In this document: positions 21,639 to 33,404 of the stretch, piece after piece
Numbering within the stretch: the stretch's first letter is position 1
Layout of the letters: every line of letters starts with the position of its first letter
Assembly: GCA_963740315.1 (NCBI GenBank)
Contig: CAVUDP010000003.1
Span: 480,001 to 544,000 of the forward strand
Source: an uncultured cyanobacterium
GTDB taxonomy: Bacteria > Cyanobacteriota > Cyanobacteriia > Cyanobacteriales > Nostocaceae
Direction: 5' to 3'
Length of the DNA stretch: 64,000 nucleotides
Notes under the pieces: model-generated
Databases searched by the model: none
Told to the model about the DNA's origin: nothing
The model's input: the letters and a program-made list of their open reading frames with translations, nothing else
Made by a program: the position numbers and the translations under genes

Positions 21639-22661
21639 ATGGGATCGACTGGCGTAAGAATCGCTATTGATGCAATGGGAGGAGATAATGCCCCCGGTGA
21701 AATCGTGGCTGGCGCACTGCGAGCTGTGGAAGAATTGGGTGTAAAAGCATTGTTGGTAGGCTCCCCCGAAGATATTGAACGTATACTGCCATCATCAATA
21801 AAGTCGGAACAAGTAGAAATTGTCCCCGCCGAAAGTGCGATCGCGATGGATGAAGAACCTTTAAGCGCCATTAGACGCAAACCAAAGGCTTCTATCAACG
21901 TGGCGATGAATTTGGTGAAGAAGGGACAAGCTGATGCTGTAATTAGTGCCGGTCATTCTGGTGCAGCGATGGCAGCAGCTTTACTTCGTTTGGGAAGACT
22001 TCCGGGCATCGATCGTCCGGCAATTGGCGCGGTATTCCCCACGATGGCTGCTAGCAAACAAGTCCTAGTACTTGATGTTGGTGCTAACGTAGACTGCCGT
22101 CCGAAATTTTTGGAGCAATTTGCCGTTTTAGGATCGGCTTACTCTCAGTATGTTTTGGGTGTCACACAACCCAAAGTAGGTTTATTAAATATCGGTGAGG
22201 AAGACTGTAAAGGTAATGATGTTGCCATACGCGCCCACCAAATGATCGCTGAAAATCCCTACATTACCTTTATTGGCAATGCCGAAGGGCGCGATGTGCT
22301 TTCGGGTGATTTTGATGTGATTGTATGCGATGGTTTTGTAGGCAATGTCTTATTAAAATTTGCCGAAGCTGTCGGGGAAATTTTGTTGCAAATTATTCGC
22401 GAGGAATTACCCCAAGGATTGCGCGGTCAAATTGGCTGTTCTATTTTAAAACCAAACTTGAAACGAATTAAGCAGCGGGTAGACTCCGCAGAACATGGCG
22501 GTGGTTTACTTTTAGGCGTAAACGGCATATGTGTAATTGGTCACGGTAGCTCCGAAGCTCCTTCAATTTTCAATGCAATTCGTCTGGCAAAAGAAGCTGT
22601 AGATAATCAGGTACTAGAACGCATTCACTCCCAAAATCTGAGCGAAAAAAGCGTTTCGTAA
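21639..22661 (+). CDS. plsX: Phosphate acyltransferase PlsX
   Basis: IAIDAMGGDNAP, LDVGANVD, GNAEGRD, HGSS. Confidence 0.97.
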   Translation: MGSTGVRIAIDAMGGDNAPGEIVAGALRAVEELGVKALLVGSPEDIERILPSSIKSEQVEIVPAESAIAMDEEPLSAIRRKPKASINVAMNLVKKGQADAVISAGHSGAAMAAALLRLGRLPGIDRPAIGAVFPTMAASKQVLVLDVGANVDCRPKFLEQFAVLGSAYSQYVLGVTQPKVGLLNIGEEDCKGNDVAIRAHQMIAENPYITFIGNAEGRDVLSGDFDVIVCDGFVGNVLLKFAEAVGEILLQIIREELPQGLRGQIGCSILKPNLKRIKQRVDSAEHGGGLLLGVNGICVIGHGSSEAPSIFNAIRLAKEAVDNQVLERIHSQNLSEKSVS

Positions 22662-22787
22662 ATTAGTTTTCGATGGCAGTAAATATTACTAGTCTATAGA
22701 CAGTAGTTTATACTGCCTATAGGCTAATAATTTTTATAGTAATGATTTGGCTACAGTCCGAATAGCGGATAGCTGTGGAGAGAATGA

Positions 22788-23780
22788 GTGCAAAATTTAG
22801 GAATATCTTTTACAGGAAGTGGTTCGGCTGTGCCAGAAACTTTCCTGGATAACCAGGGGTTGAGCGAGCTGGTTGAGACATCAGACGAATGGATCGCCAC
22901 AAGAACGGGAATTAGTCAACGAAGATTAGCAACAGCGGCTGATTCTGTTACCACCATCGGTACTGCTGCGAGTCTTAAGGCATTAGAAATGGCACAAATC
23001 GAAGCAAAAGACTTGGATTTGATTTTGCTAGCAACTTCCACTCCCGATGATTTGTTTGGTAGTGCAAGTCAGATTCAAGCTGAATTGGGAGCAAGCAGGG
23101 CAGTAGCATTTGATTTGACTGCGGCGTGTTCTGGTTTTGTTTTTGGATTAGTAACTGCCGCTCAATATATAAGAACAGGTGTATTCCAAAATGTGCTTTT
23201 AGTAGGGGCGGACATCCTTTCTCGTTGGGTGGATTGGGAAGACAGACGCACCTGCATATTATTTGGCGATGGTGCTGGGGCTGCTGTATTGCAAGCTAAT
23301 AAACACGACCGTTTATTAGGGTTTGAAATGAAAAGCGATGGAACCCTTAATAGCTGTTTAAACCTTGCCTATACACCGCGATCGCAACAACTGATTGAAG
23401 GTGTAAGCATCTCGAAAGGCAATTTTGGTAATGTTTCGATGAATGGCAAAGAAGTTTATCGTTTTGCCGTCAAGCGAGTACCCGAAGTTATCGATAAAGC
23501 CTTATTTCGTGCCAATCTTACAGTCGAACAAGTGGATTGGCTGCTACTGCATCAAGCCAACCAACGCATTCTTGATGCAGTTGCCGAACGTCTTTCTATT
23601 CCATCTGAAAAAGTAATCAGCAATGTCGCCAGCTATGGCAATACTTCTGCTGCTTCCATACCTCTTGCATTGGATGAAGCAGTGCGATCGGGCAAAATTA
23701 AACCGGGAGATACTATTGCTGCATCGGGTTTTGGGGCTGGACTAACCTGGGGTGCGGCGATTTTTCAATGGGGAAGGTAA
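22788..23780 (+). CDS. fabH: 3-oxoacyl-ACP synthase III
   Basis: AACSGF, HQAN, GNTSAAS catalytic triad motifs. Confidence 0.97.
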   Translation: MQNLGISFTGSGSAVPETFLDNQGLSELVETSDEWIATRTGISQRRLATAADSVTTIGTAASLKALEMAQIEAKDLDLILLATSTPDDLFGSASQIQAELGASRAVAFDLTAACSGFVFGLVTAAQYIRTGVFQNVLLVGADILSRWVDWEDRRTCILFGDGAGAAVLQANKHDRLLGFEMKSDGTLNSCLNLAYTPRSQQLIEGVSISKGNFGNVSMNGKEVYRFAVKRVPEVIDKALFRANLTVEQVDWLLLHQANQRILDAVAERLSIPSEKVISNVASYGNTSAASIPLALDEAVRSGKIKPGDTIAASGFGAGLTWGAAIFQWGR

Positions 23781-23898
23781 GAGAGCAGGGGGAGAGTGGG
23801 GAGAGGGGGGAGAGGGGGAAGAATAATTAAATCCTAACTCTTAACTTCTCACTCTACTAACTACTAACTACTAACTACTAACTACCAATTAATAACTG

Positions 23899-24786
23899 AT
23901 GACTAAAACTGCATGGGTGTTTCCCGGACAAGGTTCTCAAGCTTTGGGAATGGGAATGGATTTACTAGAATTGTCCGAAGCAAAGGAAAAGTTTGCTCAA
24001 GCTGAAGAAATTTTAGGCTGGAGTGTCAGCGAAATCTGCCAAAATGATGAAGAAAAGTTAGCCCGTACTCTTTACACTCAACCTTGTTTGTATGTGGTAG
24101 AAACTATTCTCGCCGATACGATCGCAAAAAAAGAAAAACCGGACTTAGTAGCGGGGCATAGTTTGGGAGAGTATATTGCTTTATACGTCGCGGGCGTGTT
24201 TGAATGGTCTGCTGGTTTACGATTGGTAAAACGTCGTGCCGAATTAATGGAAAATGCTGCTGGTGGTAAAATGGCAGCTTTGATTGGCTTCGATCGCGAA
24301 CAGTTAGACAAAATTCTCGCCCAAACTGATGATGTAGTCTTAGCGAATGATAATAGTTCTACACAGGTAGTAATTTCTGGTACTCCTGAAGCGATAGAAA
24401 GCGTTTTGTCTCAAGTAAAAGCTAAACGTAAAGTACCTTTGAATGTATCTGGAGCATTTCATTCACCAATGATGGCAGACGCATCTGCTGAATTTAAAGA
24501 TGTCTTATCCTCAGTAGAATTTCAGAGAGCGACTGTACCAGTTTTATCGAATGTAGAACCAGTACCCGTAGTAGAAGCTGATCTTTTAAAGCAACGATTG
24601 GTGGAGCAAATGACAGGAAGCGTGCGCTGGCGAGAAATAGCTTTAGCCTTACCAGAACAAGGTATTGAGCGTGTCGTAGAAATTGGTCCTGGAAACGTTT
24701 TAACAGGTCTAATCAAGCGTACTTGCTCCGGCTTAAATTTAGCAAACGTGTGTTGTGCTGCTGAAACGGAATTAGTTAGTAGTTAA
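23899..24786 (+). CDS. fabD: Malonyl-CoA:ACP transacylase
   Basis: FPGQGSQ, GHSLGE, GAFHS. Confidence 0.97.
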   Translation: MTKTAWVFPGQGSQALGMGMDLLELSEAKEKFAQAEEILGWSVSEICQNDEEKLARTLYTQPCLYVVETILADTIAKKEKPDLVAGHSLGEYIALYVAGVFEWSAGLRLVKRRAELMENAAGGKMAALIGFDREQLDKILAQTDDVVLANDNSSTQVVISGTPEAIESVLSQVKAKRKVPLNVSGAFHSPMMADASAEFKDVLSSVEFQRATVPVLSNVEPVPVVEADLLKQRLVEQMTGSVRWREIALALPEQGIERVVEIGPGNVLTGLIKRTCSGLNLANVCCAAETELVSS

Positions 24787-24889
24787 GAGTTAGGAGTAAG
24801 GAGTAAATAAGGTTAAAGGTCTGCATATTAAAGGTTAAAATTCTCCTTGTCTCCTTGTTTCCTAGTCTCCCCTTCCCAATTAATGAAAT

Positions 24890-25528
24890 ATGTCTCGACA
24901 CCGCGAACCATTTGTTAGCCTTCTACTTTACCGTGCTTTTAAATACTCGGTAGTTAATCCCATGCTTCGCGTTTACTTCCAAGGACGTATTTATGGGGCT
25001 GAAAATGTTCCTATAAGCGGACCTTTGGTAATAGTCAGCAATCACGCCAGTAATTTTGACCCACCGATTGTTTCTAGTTGCGTTCGTCGTCCGGTATCGT
25101 ATATGGCGAAGGAAGAATTATTTAAAATTCCGATTTTTAAACAAGCAATTGAGCTATATGGTGCTTATCCTGTAAGCCGGGGAAGCGGCGATCGCAATGC
25201 AATTCGTAAGGCTTTGGAACATCTAGATGAAGGGTGGGCTGTGGGACTTTTCTTGCAAGGTACTCGCACGCCAGATGGACGAATTACAGATCCCAAGCGA
25301 GGTGCGGCGTTAATTGCAGCAAAAGCAAAAGCGCCGATCTTACCAATATGTTTGTGGGGTACTCAGGAAATCGAGCAGAAAGGTTCGGCTATTCCTCAAA
25401 GGGTTCCAATTACAGTCAGGATTGGCGAGTTAATTCCGACTCCGACTTCCACAACTAAGGAAGATTTAGAAACTGTAACCCAACAATGTGCGATCGCGAT
25501 TAATAATTTGCACGATTTGGGGCGCTAA
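24890..25528 (+). CDS. plsC: 1-acyl-sn-glycerol-3-phosphate acyltransferase
   Basis: NHASNFD (HX4D), AKEELF, FLQGTRT. Confidence 0.93.
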   Translation: MSRHREPFVSLLLYRAFKYSVVNPMLRVYFQGRIYGAENVPISGPLVIVSNHASNFDPPIVSSCVRRPVSYMAKEELFKIPIFKQAIELYGAYPVSRGSGDRNAIRKALEHLDEGWAVGLFLQGTRTPDGRITDPKRGAALIAAKAKAPILPICLWGTQEIEQKGSAIPQRVPITVRIGELIPTPTSTTKEDLETVTQQCAIAINNLHDLGR

Positions 25529-25720
25529 AGCGGTTGGTAACGAATTTCAAAAATATGCTTTAAGCAAGTAGTATTAGTAAACTTCCATGCTTTAAATTAA
25601 AGGTTTATTCGACTGGGAACGCAAAATTAGCTCAATTTCAGGCTAAGAAGACGATTTTATGGCTTCGCTTCCCTACCTGCAAGTCTCATTCTCAATACCT
25701 TCTTAATACTTTAATATTTT

Positions 25721-26758
25721 ATGAACGATTCAGACGGTGAAAATTTTTTATCTAAATTAAATAATCTTGCTTTAGTTCGCTTTTTACTTTTCTTTGCTTG
25801 CGGTTGGACAATCGTACAGCTAATAGCTTATTTTCAAGCAGTGATTGTTATTTTTACATTTGCTACAATTTTGGCTTTTTTACTGAGCTATCCGGTTCAA
25901 TGGTTGAAACGTTTTGTACCCCACAGTGTAGCGGTTGTTTTTATATTTTTAGTTAGTATCGTAATTCTTGGTGGCTTAGCAATAGCCGCAGGTTTAGGAC
26001 TTTTATCTCAAGGACAACAATTAATAGATAGTGCAGCGACTTTTTTAAATTCTTTAATACCTTTGGTACAGCAATTAGAATCAACTCTTAGGAACCGAAA
26101 TCTTCAAATAGATTTAACTGCTTTAGAACAAATATTAAGAGAAGAAGCTATTGCTAGACTGATTACTATTTTAAATTTGTTTCAAGGTTTTATTACCAAT
26201 TTTGCAACCTTCATTTTAATTGCTGTTGTTGCTTTTTTTATGCTTCTCGAAGGAGAACAGCTTTGGCTTTTCATTTTAAAAATTGTACCTCAGTCTCGTC
26301 GTAATAGATTTGCAAAAATTACCAAACGTGCCTTTCTCGGATTTTTTCGAGGTCAGTTATTGTTAACATTGTTTCTGACTGGAGCAACTTTTTTAGTTTT
26401 TGTGATATTAGGAGTACCTTTTCCCTTAGTATTATCTGTAATAGTTGGTTTTCTTGATGTTATTCCAGGTATAGGTGCAACGTTAGGAATTAGTGTAATT
26501 ACTTTAATTGTATTATCTCAAGGTGTTTGGTTAGCGCTTAAAGTATTAGGAGCTTGTATTGTACTTCAGCAAATTCAAGATAATTTAATTGCACCTAGAG
26601 TCATGCAGGATGCACTTAATTTAAATCCGGTTGTAATATTTTTTGCTCTACTAATAGGTGCTAGAATTGCTGGTTTATTAGGTGTTTTTATCTCTATTCC
26701 AATTGCCGGGGTAATAGTTGCTTTATTTGAAATTGATGAAATGAAAGCGGAAGTTTAG
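25721..26758 (+). CDS. AI-2E family transporter
   Basis: Multiple TMs; GFFRGQ, IPGIGA, QQIQDNLIAPRVM..LNLNP. Confidence 0.9.
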   Translation: MNDSDGENFLSKLNNLALVRFLLFFACGWTIVQLIAYFQAVIVIFTFATILAFLLSYPVQWLKRFVPHSVAVVFIFLVSIVILGGLAIAAGLGLLSQGQQLIDSAATFLNSLIPLVQQLESTLRNRNLQIDLTALEQILREEAIARLITILNLFQGFITNFATFILIAVVAFFMLLEGEQLWLFILKIVPQSRRNRFAKITKRAFLGFFRGQLLLTLFLTGATFLVFVILGVPFPLVLSVIVGFLDVIPGIGATLGISVITLIVLSQGVWLALKVLGACIVLQQIQDNLIAPRVMQDALNLNPVVIFFALLIGARIAGLLGVFISIPIAGVIVALFEIDEMKAEV

Positions 26759-26851
26759 TAATTTGATTTTAGATTTGAAGTTTTAGATTAATGATTTCAC
26801 AAATAATTTAGAACTGTTATATATTAATTATTGAAGATTTTTTAATGACTG

Positions 26852-27154
26852 ATGACAAATCAAGATTTAAGAGCGCAGTTAGATGAGAACCTTGAAGAAT
26901 CTGAATGGGAATGGTTAATTCCTCACGCACAAAGAGATTCTGTGATTGTAGTGGCAATAGAATTAGATTTATTAGATGTGGGAGAAGCGATCGCTAGCGA
27001 TAAAGCTTCACAAGTGCAAAATTGGATCGATGAAGCGTTAATCGCTAAACCCTCAGCAGTACAAATAGGAGAATGGAATATGCAGCGAGAAAAGCGATTT
27101 GAAACTTTGATCGTGCAGCCTTTTGTGCTTGTTAAGGAGAAAATTGCTGTTTGA
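26852..27154 (+). CDS. DUF2288 family protein
   Basis: EWEWLIPHAQRD, LDLLDVGEAIASD, LIVQPFVLV. Confidence 0.85.
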   Translation: MTNQDLRAQLDENLEESEWEWLIPHAQRDSVIVVAIELDLLDVGEAIASDKASQVQNWIDEALIAKPSAVQIGEWNMQREKRFETLIVQPFVLVKEKIAV

Positions 27155-27203
27155 GGTAAATTATTAAATCCCCTTTTGCATCTTGCAATTCGGGGATTAC
27201 CAA

Positions 27204-27761
27204 TTAATTTTTGTTCGTATTTTCCCCACCACCCAAACCAGTAGCCACCCAAACAATCGATCTAACTCCATCGCGAATGGATTTTTCTATCGGCTCAGAA
27301 CTACTTTGTGAAGGAACTGATACTGCTTTAAAGTCAATTCCCCGACTACCTAAAACTATTTCGCCGATTACAGCAGCACGGCGCATATGATAGTCGGAGG
27401 TAACTAAATACAATCTCTTGATTCCTTTTTTTTCTAAGTCATCTACTAGCGTTGTAAAGTTTTCTACCGTGTTACTGGCTCGATAGTCTAAGTACAAACG
27501 CCTTGAATCAATCCCGGCTTTGGTAAAGACTTTTTTCGTCGCACTCTCCGGGCTGCCTCCCGAAATCAAAATCGGTAGATTGGGATATTTATTTGCAAAG
27601 TCTGCTGCAAATTTTTCTCTTTCTAATCTTTTAGTTGAACCACCTAAAACCAAAATTGCTTGTGGCTGTACAAATACACTTTGAACTTTTTTATAACCCC
27701 ACAATAAAGTTAGCGGTAGGGTTAAAAGCATTAACCGAGAAGAAATTCCTTTAGAGAGCAT
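27204..27761 (-). CDS. YdcF/DUF218 family protein
   Basis: ILVLGG, ISGG, NTVENF, LVTSDYHMRRA. Confidence 0.9.
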   Translation of the reverse strand: MLSKGISSRLMLLTLPLTLLWGYKKVQSVFVQPQAILVLGGSTKRLEREKFAADFANKYPNLPILISGGSPESATKKVFTKAGIDSRRLYLDYRASNTVENFTTLVDDLEKKGIKRLYLVTSDYHMRRAAVIGEIVLGSRGIDFKAVSVPSQSSSEPIEKSIRDGVRSIVWVATGLGGGENTNKN

Positions 27762-28171
27762 TTTATTTAAGACTCGATCGCGCTTGACTATCTGGAGAAG
27801 GTTTTTCTGAAAAAATAAAAATAATTTAATTTTTTTCTTCTGCTAATTATTAATATTTCCAACAAAATATAAATACTTTGTGGAAAAATGCACAGGGGGT
27901 GACACCCCTTAACTAGCCCTTTTTTATGCCAAAAGTACTTTTGGCTGTTTATTCGCAGGCTAATATGTATGTAATTACACCACGAATTGCTTAAGCTGCT
28001 AGATGTTACCTAACCCTTCTTTTTAGCGAAGAGAAGTCATCTATTAGTTTATATGCACCCACTGTTAAATTGCAGCAACAAGGAATACCAGACCTAAAAC
28101 AAGATTTTATCTTTTCGAGGGGTAAATTTAAAAGTATATTTAATAACTTTATGTTATTTTTTTTCGGAAAA

Positions 28172-28245
28172 TGGGACTGGCAAGACTTGAACCTGCGACC
28201 TAGCGCTTAGGAGGCGCTCGCTCTATCCAACTGAGCTACAGCCCC
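28172..28245 (-). tRNA. tRNA-Arg(CCT)
   Basis: Reverse complement GGGGCTG-TAGCTCAGTTGGATAGAGC-G-AGCGC CT CCT AA GCGCT-AGGTC-GCAGGTTCAAGTCTTGC-CAGTCCC-A folds as a cloverleaf; CCA not encoded. Confidence 0.97.
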
Positions 28246-28274
28246 AATTAGTTATCATTTGTATAATAACATCT

Positions 28275-29405
<1,131 letters not shown>

Positions 29406-29748
29406 TTATCTACAGTTAATTAAAAAGTCTTTTCAGCTATAAATTTCATCATCTTATAAGAATAATTATAGATTGGTTCTGCGGCTATAAATACTTGTAT
29501 AAAATAAATAGTTTTAATAAAAATTTATTTGCAAATAAAAATCGCTCTTATGGATACATTAAGCACCTCTCCAGAGATAGAGCCGCCTTCTTAGTTAAGA
29601 AGTTATGCTGAGGATATAGCAAAATACAAGTTTCAAAAAAAACTAATGATATAGATTAAGCGGTAATTATAAAATTAACTATCTAACTAATCTATAAAGT
29701 GTTTTACTTTTTCATACTTTATTAATCAAAATAATTAATTTAATACCA

Positions 29749-30450
29749 ATGACTAACCACAACGAAAGCAAAGACTATAATCGAGAAGTTACGCAGAATT
29801 CATATACTGACGCTGACGGTAATACTCATACAAACGTTACGCGAACCAGTGAAACAGTTGAAAATGACCCTAGTTCCTATCAAGATGGCTACGCTTCCGG
29901 TAGAATTCAAGAGCGCAATGACCAAAGAAGAAACCTAGCCGCACGAGATAGCAATAATGCGACTGGTGGCTTAGTCTTAGGGGTATTGCTTGCGGCACTT
30001 GCAACTTTAGTAGGCGGTGCAATGTGGTATTTTAATCAATCTAAAGAAGCAGAAAACTCAACTCCGACACCAATTGAGAGTCCCGTTACCGATACGAAAC
30101 CGAATCAAACTGAAGCTTCCCAACCACAAAACAATACAACTACAATCATCGAAAGAACTAAGGAAGTGGCTGTTCCCGTTGAAGTACCAGTACCAGTACC
30201 AGTTCCGCAACAACAAGAACCAGCACAAAAATCTCAACAACGTGACATTAACATTAATGTCCAACCTCAAGAAGGTGCGAGTCAATCGGAAACTTCCACA
30301 CCACCAAAACAAACTACTCCCAAGCAACCTCAAACCTCAAACGGTAGTACCAACAATTCCTCTCAATCTCAAGAACCACAAAAGCAAACCAACCCAACTA
30401 CTAGCAATCCCAGCACTAGTGAGAGCAATAGCAACACTAATCCTGAGTAA
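29749..30450 (+). CDS. Single-TM protein with low-complexity Ser/Thr/Gln/Pro tail
   Basis: YQDGY..GR..ER, RDSNNATGGLVLG + TM, TTIIERTKEV.VP; recurrent cyanobacterial hypothetical pattern. Confidence 0.75.
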   Translation: MTNHNESKDYNREVTQNSYTDADGNTHTNVTRTSETVENDPSSYQDGYASGRIQERNDQRRNLAARDSNNATGGLVLGVLLAALATLVGGAMWYFNQSKEAENSTPTPIESPVTDTKPNQTEASQPQNNTTTIIERTKEVAVPVEVPVPVPVPQQQEPAQKSQQRDININVQPQEGASQSETSTPPKQTTPKQPQTSNGSTNNSSQSQEPQKQTNPTTSNPSTSESNSNTNPE

Positions 30451-30750
30451 ATTATCTTTTCTTATAAATTAATTTGTAGAGACGTTGCCTTTGCTTCGTC
30501 TCTACATTTTTATAAACTTAAGCAGGTAATACTTTTGTTCGCTTAAAACTGCATCCTTTTTCAGGAAAGGTTTTTAGCTGTTTACAGTAGCAAAAGCATG
30601 AGTATTTAATACTAATAAAGTAAATAAGCGTAAATGAATATTGCGAAAAGTTACCAATAATTACAGTCAGTAAAATAAGCTTTTTCTTTCACAAAATGGG
30701 TGCTAACTTTATAAATAAGGCACCAGACAAATAACAACAACCAATCTTTC

Positions 30751-31058
30751 GACTAGAGTTCGTGCCTGCCGCTCTAGTCACATCGCAATCGTTACTCGAT
30801 TCTTACATCCTACAAATGCCGTGTTTTCGCCTTGAATTTATGAGTGAATTTGGAGGTTTTTGAAAAGCAGACAAAAAATACTGCTTAGATTAAAAGAGTT
30901 TAGGATGTACATTGTGTAACAAACGTTTCTAAAATTGCGATTTCGGTTCACCCTATATTTGAAGTAAATTCTGATTTTTAACTCTTCTCAATCTACTAAA
31001 TATTTAATAAACCGTCTCTAATTACTGACATTTTTCGGTCGTAACTGGAGACGGTTTT
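30751..31058 (+). ncRNA. Candidate structured non-coding RNA (unassigned)
   Basis: 5' hairpin GACTAGAG/CTCTAGTC, three nested long-range stems closing two inner hairpins, and a terminal hairpin with U-run; strand inferred from G-U pairs. Confidence 0.45.
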
Positions 31059-31059
31059 G

Positions 31060-31256
31060 AAGGTTAAAGGTCAAAGGTCAAAGGTTAAAGGTTAAAGGTC
31101 AAAGGTCAAAGGTCAAAGGTTAAAGGTCAAAGGTTAAAGGTTAAAGGTTAAAGGTTAAAGGTGTGATAATTCCAAACTCCAAACTTTTTCTTGTCGCCTT
31201 GTCTCCCCATCTCCCCATCTCCCCATCTCCCCATCTCCCCATCTCCCCATCTCCCC
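31060..31256. repeat. Compound STRR array (GGTYAAA)n followed by (CCCCATCT)n
   Basis: About 14 heptamers GGTTAAA/GGTCAAA, then 6 or so octamers CCCCATCT abutting the stop of the minus-strand gene. Confidence 0.9.
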
Positions 31257-32084
31257 TCATTCCAAAGTAATCACAGTCACTTCCGGGGGACAAAAGAAGC
31301 GCCCTGGTAAATAAGTTCCCAAACCGCGATTGACGTATAGCTGATTTTTTCCGACTTTGTGAAATCCTTGCGCCCATTCCCAATGCTGGAGAACTTTTAT
31401 GTAATCTGGTCGTAAAAATGGGATTAATCGCCGCACATCTTTAGGAATAATGTTAGCAAGCTCTTTGTAATAGGCTATTAAAGGACCAATATCGGGTAAT
31501 ACAATTTGTCCGCCGTGGGAATGCCCGGATAGTTGCAAATCGACTCGCCATTGTTGCAATATTTGGGCGGTATCGGGATTATGTGATAAAACAATACGCG
31601 GTGTGGCATCGTCTAACCGATCCATTACCGATGCAGGCTTAAATTCTTTTGACCAATAATCGGCGAATCCTACTAATGGTAAATCTTTTCCTAAAGGATA
31701 AGCAATTTCATTCCAAAGAACTTTAATATCAATACTTGTCAGCGCTGCTGTTACTTCTGCTTTCGCGGTGCGATAACATATATCATGATTGCCAAGTACG
31801 GCATATATCCCAGCGCGAGATTGTAAATTCTTAAGTCTTTTGACTAGCTTATATATTGGTGCGGGATCGTCAGTTATGTAATCACCAGTTAAAACAACCA
31901 AATCCGGTTCAGCTTTATTGCTGGCAATAATGGCTTGTTCTAACATTTCTGACGATAACCTGAAGCCGTCGTAGTGCAAATCTGAAAGCTGCACTATTCG
32001 AGTACCGATAGTAGATGCTGGTAAACCCTCTATTTTAACTGTGAGTTTTTCTACACTTAAAGGACCAGTTAACAACCAATGCAT
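31257..32084 (-). CDS. Metallophosphoesterase (calcineurin-like, YkuE/YaeI type), copy 2
   Basis: SDLH, TGDY, GNHD, LSHNPD, GHSHGGQ, NRGLG. Confidence 0.92.
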   Translation of the reverse strand: MHWLLTGPLSVEKLTVKIEGLPASTIGTRIVQLSDLHYDGFRLSSEMLEQAIIASNKAEPDLVVLTGDYITDDPAPIYKLVKRLKNLQSRAGIYAVLGNHDICYRTAKAEVTAALTSIDIKVLWNEIAYPLGKDLPLVGFADYWSKEFKPASVMDRLDDATPRIVLSHNPDTAQILQQWRVDLQLSGHSHGGQIVLPDIGPLIAYYKELANIIPKDVRRLIPFLRPDYIKVLQHWEWAQGFHKVGKNQLYVNRGLGTYLPGRFFCPPEVTVITLE

Positions 32085-32253
32085 AGGGCTAAAATTGCTT
32101 TTTGTACCAGCGCTTTTAGTCTATCACTTTGGACAGTTAGCAGTTAGCAGTTAGCAGTTATCAGTTAGGAGTTATGAGTTAGGAGTTAGGAGTTAGGAGT
32201 TAATTCTTCCCCCTCTTCCCCTTCTTCCCCCTCTTCCCCCGAACCCCATCTCT

Positions 32254-33081
32254 TCATTCCAAGGTAATAACAGTGACTTCTGGATTACAAAAAAACCTGC
32301 CGGGGAAATAAGTACCTAAGCCTCGGTTTACATAAAGTTTATTGCTTCCAATTTGATGAAATCCCTTTGCCCATTGCCAATTTCTGACTACATTGAAAAA
32401 TTCTGTTTTTACAAGTGGCATCCGACGGCGTAATTTTCTGGGTATGCTGCGAACTATATTGCTATAAGTTGCGATCGCAGGACCCATACCGGGGATTACA
32501 ATATGACCACCATGAGTATGACCGGATAATTGTAAGTCTACCCGCCATTTTCGCAATATATGGGCAGTATCGGGATTGTGGGATAAAACTAGGCGCGGTG
32601 TTGCTGCGTCCAAATTGTTCATCACTAATTCTGGATGAAAATCAGCAGACCAATATTCCGCAAGTCCTACTAATGGTAATTCTTTTCCGAATGGATAAGC
32701 TATCTTGTTTTCAAGTACTTTAATTCCAACTGTGGTAAAAGCTGAGATAATTTCTGCTTTTGAATGGGGGTAATGTATATCATGATTGCCAAGTACTGCA
32801 TAAGTACCGCAACGACTTTGTAAATGCTTGAGACGAAGTACTAGTTGATTAATTGGACGGGGATCGTCAGTTACATAATCACCAGTCAGAACAACTAGAT
32901 CGGGTTCGGCTTCATTGCTGGCAATTATCGCTTTTTCTAACAGTTTTTCTGATAAACGTAAGCCGTCATAGTGAAAATCTGTTATTTGCACTATGCGGAT
33001 ACCTTTTAACGATGCTGGCAAATCTTGAATCCGAACTGTTAATTTCTCTACAGTCAATGGTCCAGTCAATAACCAGTGCAT
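32254..33081 (-). CDS. Metallophosphoesterase (calcineurin-like, YkuE/YaeI type), copy 1
   Basis: TDFH, TGDY, GNHD, LSHNPD, GHTHGG, NRGLG. Confidence 0.92.
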   Translation of the reverse strand: MHWLLTGPLTVEKLTVRIQDLPASLKGIRIVQITDFHYDGLRLSEKLLEKAIIASNEAEPDLVVLTGDYVTDDPRPINQLVLRLKHLQSRCGTYAVLGNHDIHYPHSKAEIISAFTTVGIKVLENKIAYPFGKELPLVGLAEYWSADFHPELVMNNLDAATPRLVLSHNPDTAHILRKWRVDLQLSGHTHGGHIVIPGMGPAIATYSNIVRSIPRKLRRRMPLVKTEFFNVVRNWQWAKGFHQIGSNKLYVNRGLGTYFPGRFFCNPEVTVITLE

Positions 33082-33404
33082 AAAGTAAGATATCTCATTA
33101 CACCAATAGTCTTAGCGTATCAAATTCAGGCTTTAGCAGCAGTATATCAAATAACCTGTTCTCTCTTATGAATGAAATTATTTAATAATTCTCTAGCTAA
33201 ATATTTTTTTGCTAAATTTCGATTGAAATCTAATAACTCAAGCAATGGTAATAATTCATACTTGTAACTGTTACTTTGGTTAGAATATATACTTTGCATC
33301 TGTCTTAGGTCATAATACCTATTTATGTCGGAAGCAGGGTTAATTTAAGGCTAATAATTGATTAAAAATTAAGAGAAAGCAATTATTTAGCAATTTATCG
33401 ACTT

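Noticed and set aside
28172..28245. tRNA-anchored genomic island
   Set aside because: No integrase and no duplicated tRNA 3' end seen; the flanks are ordinary genes.
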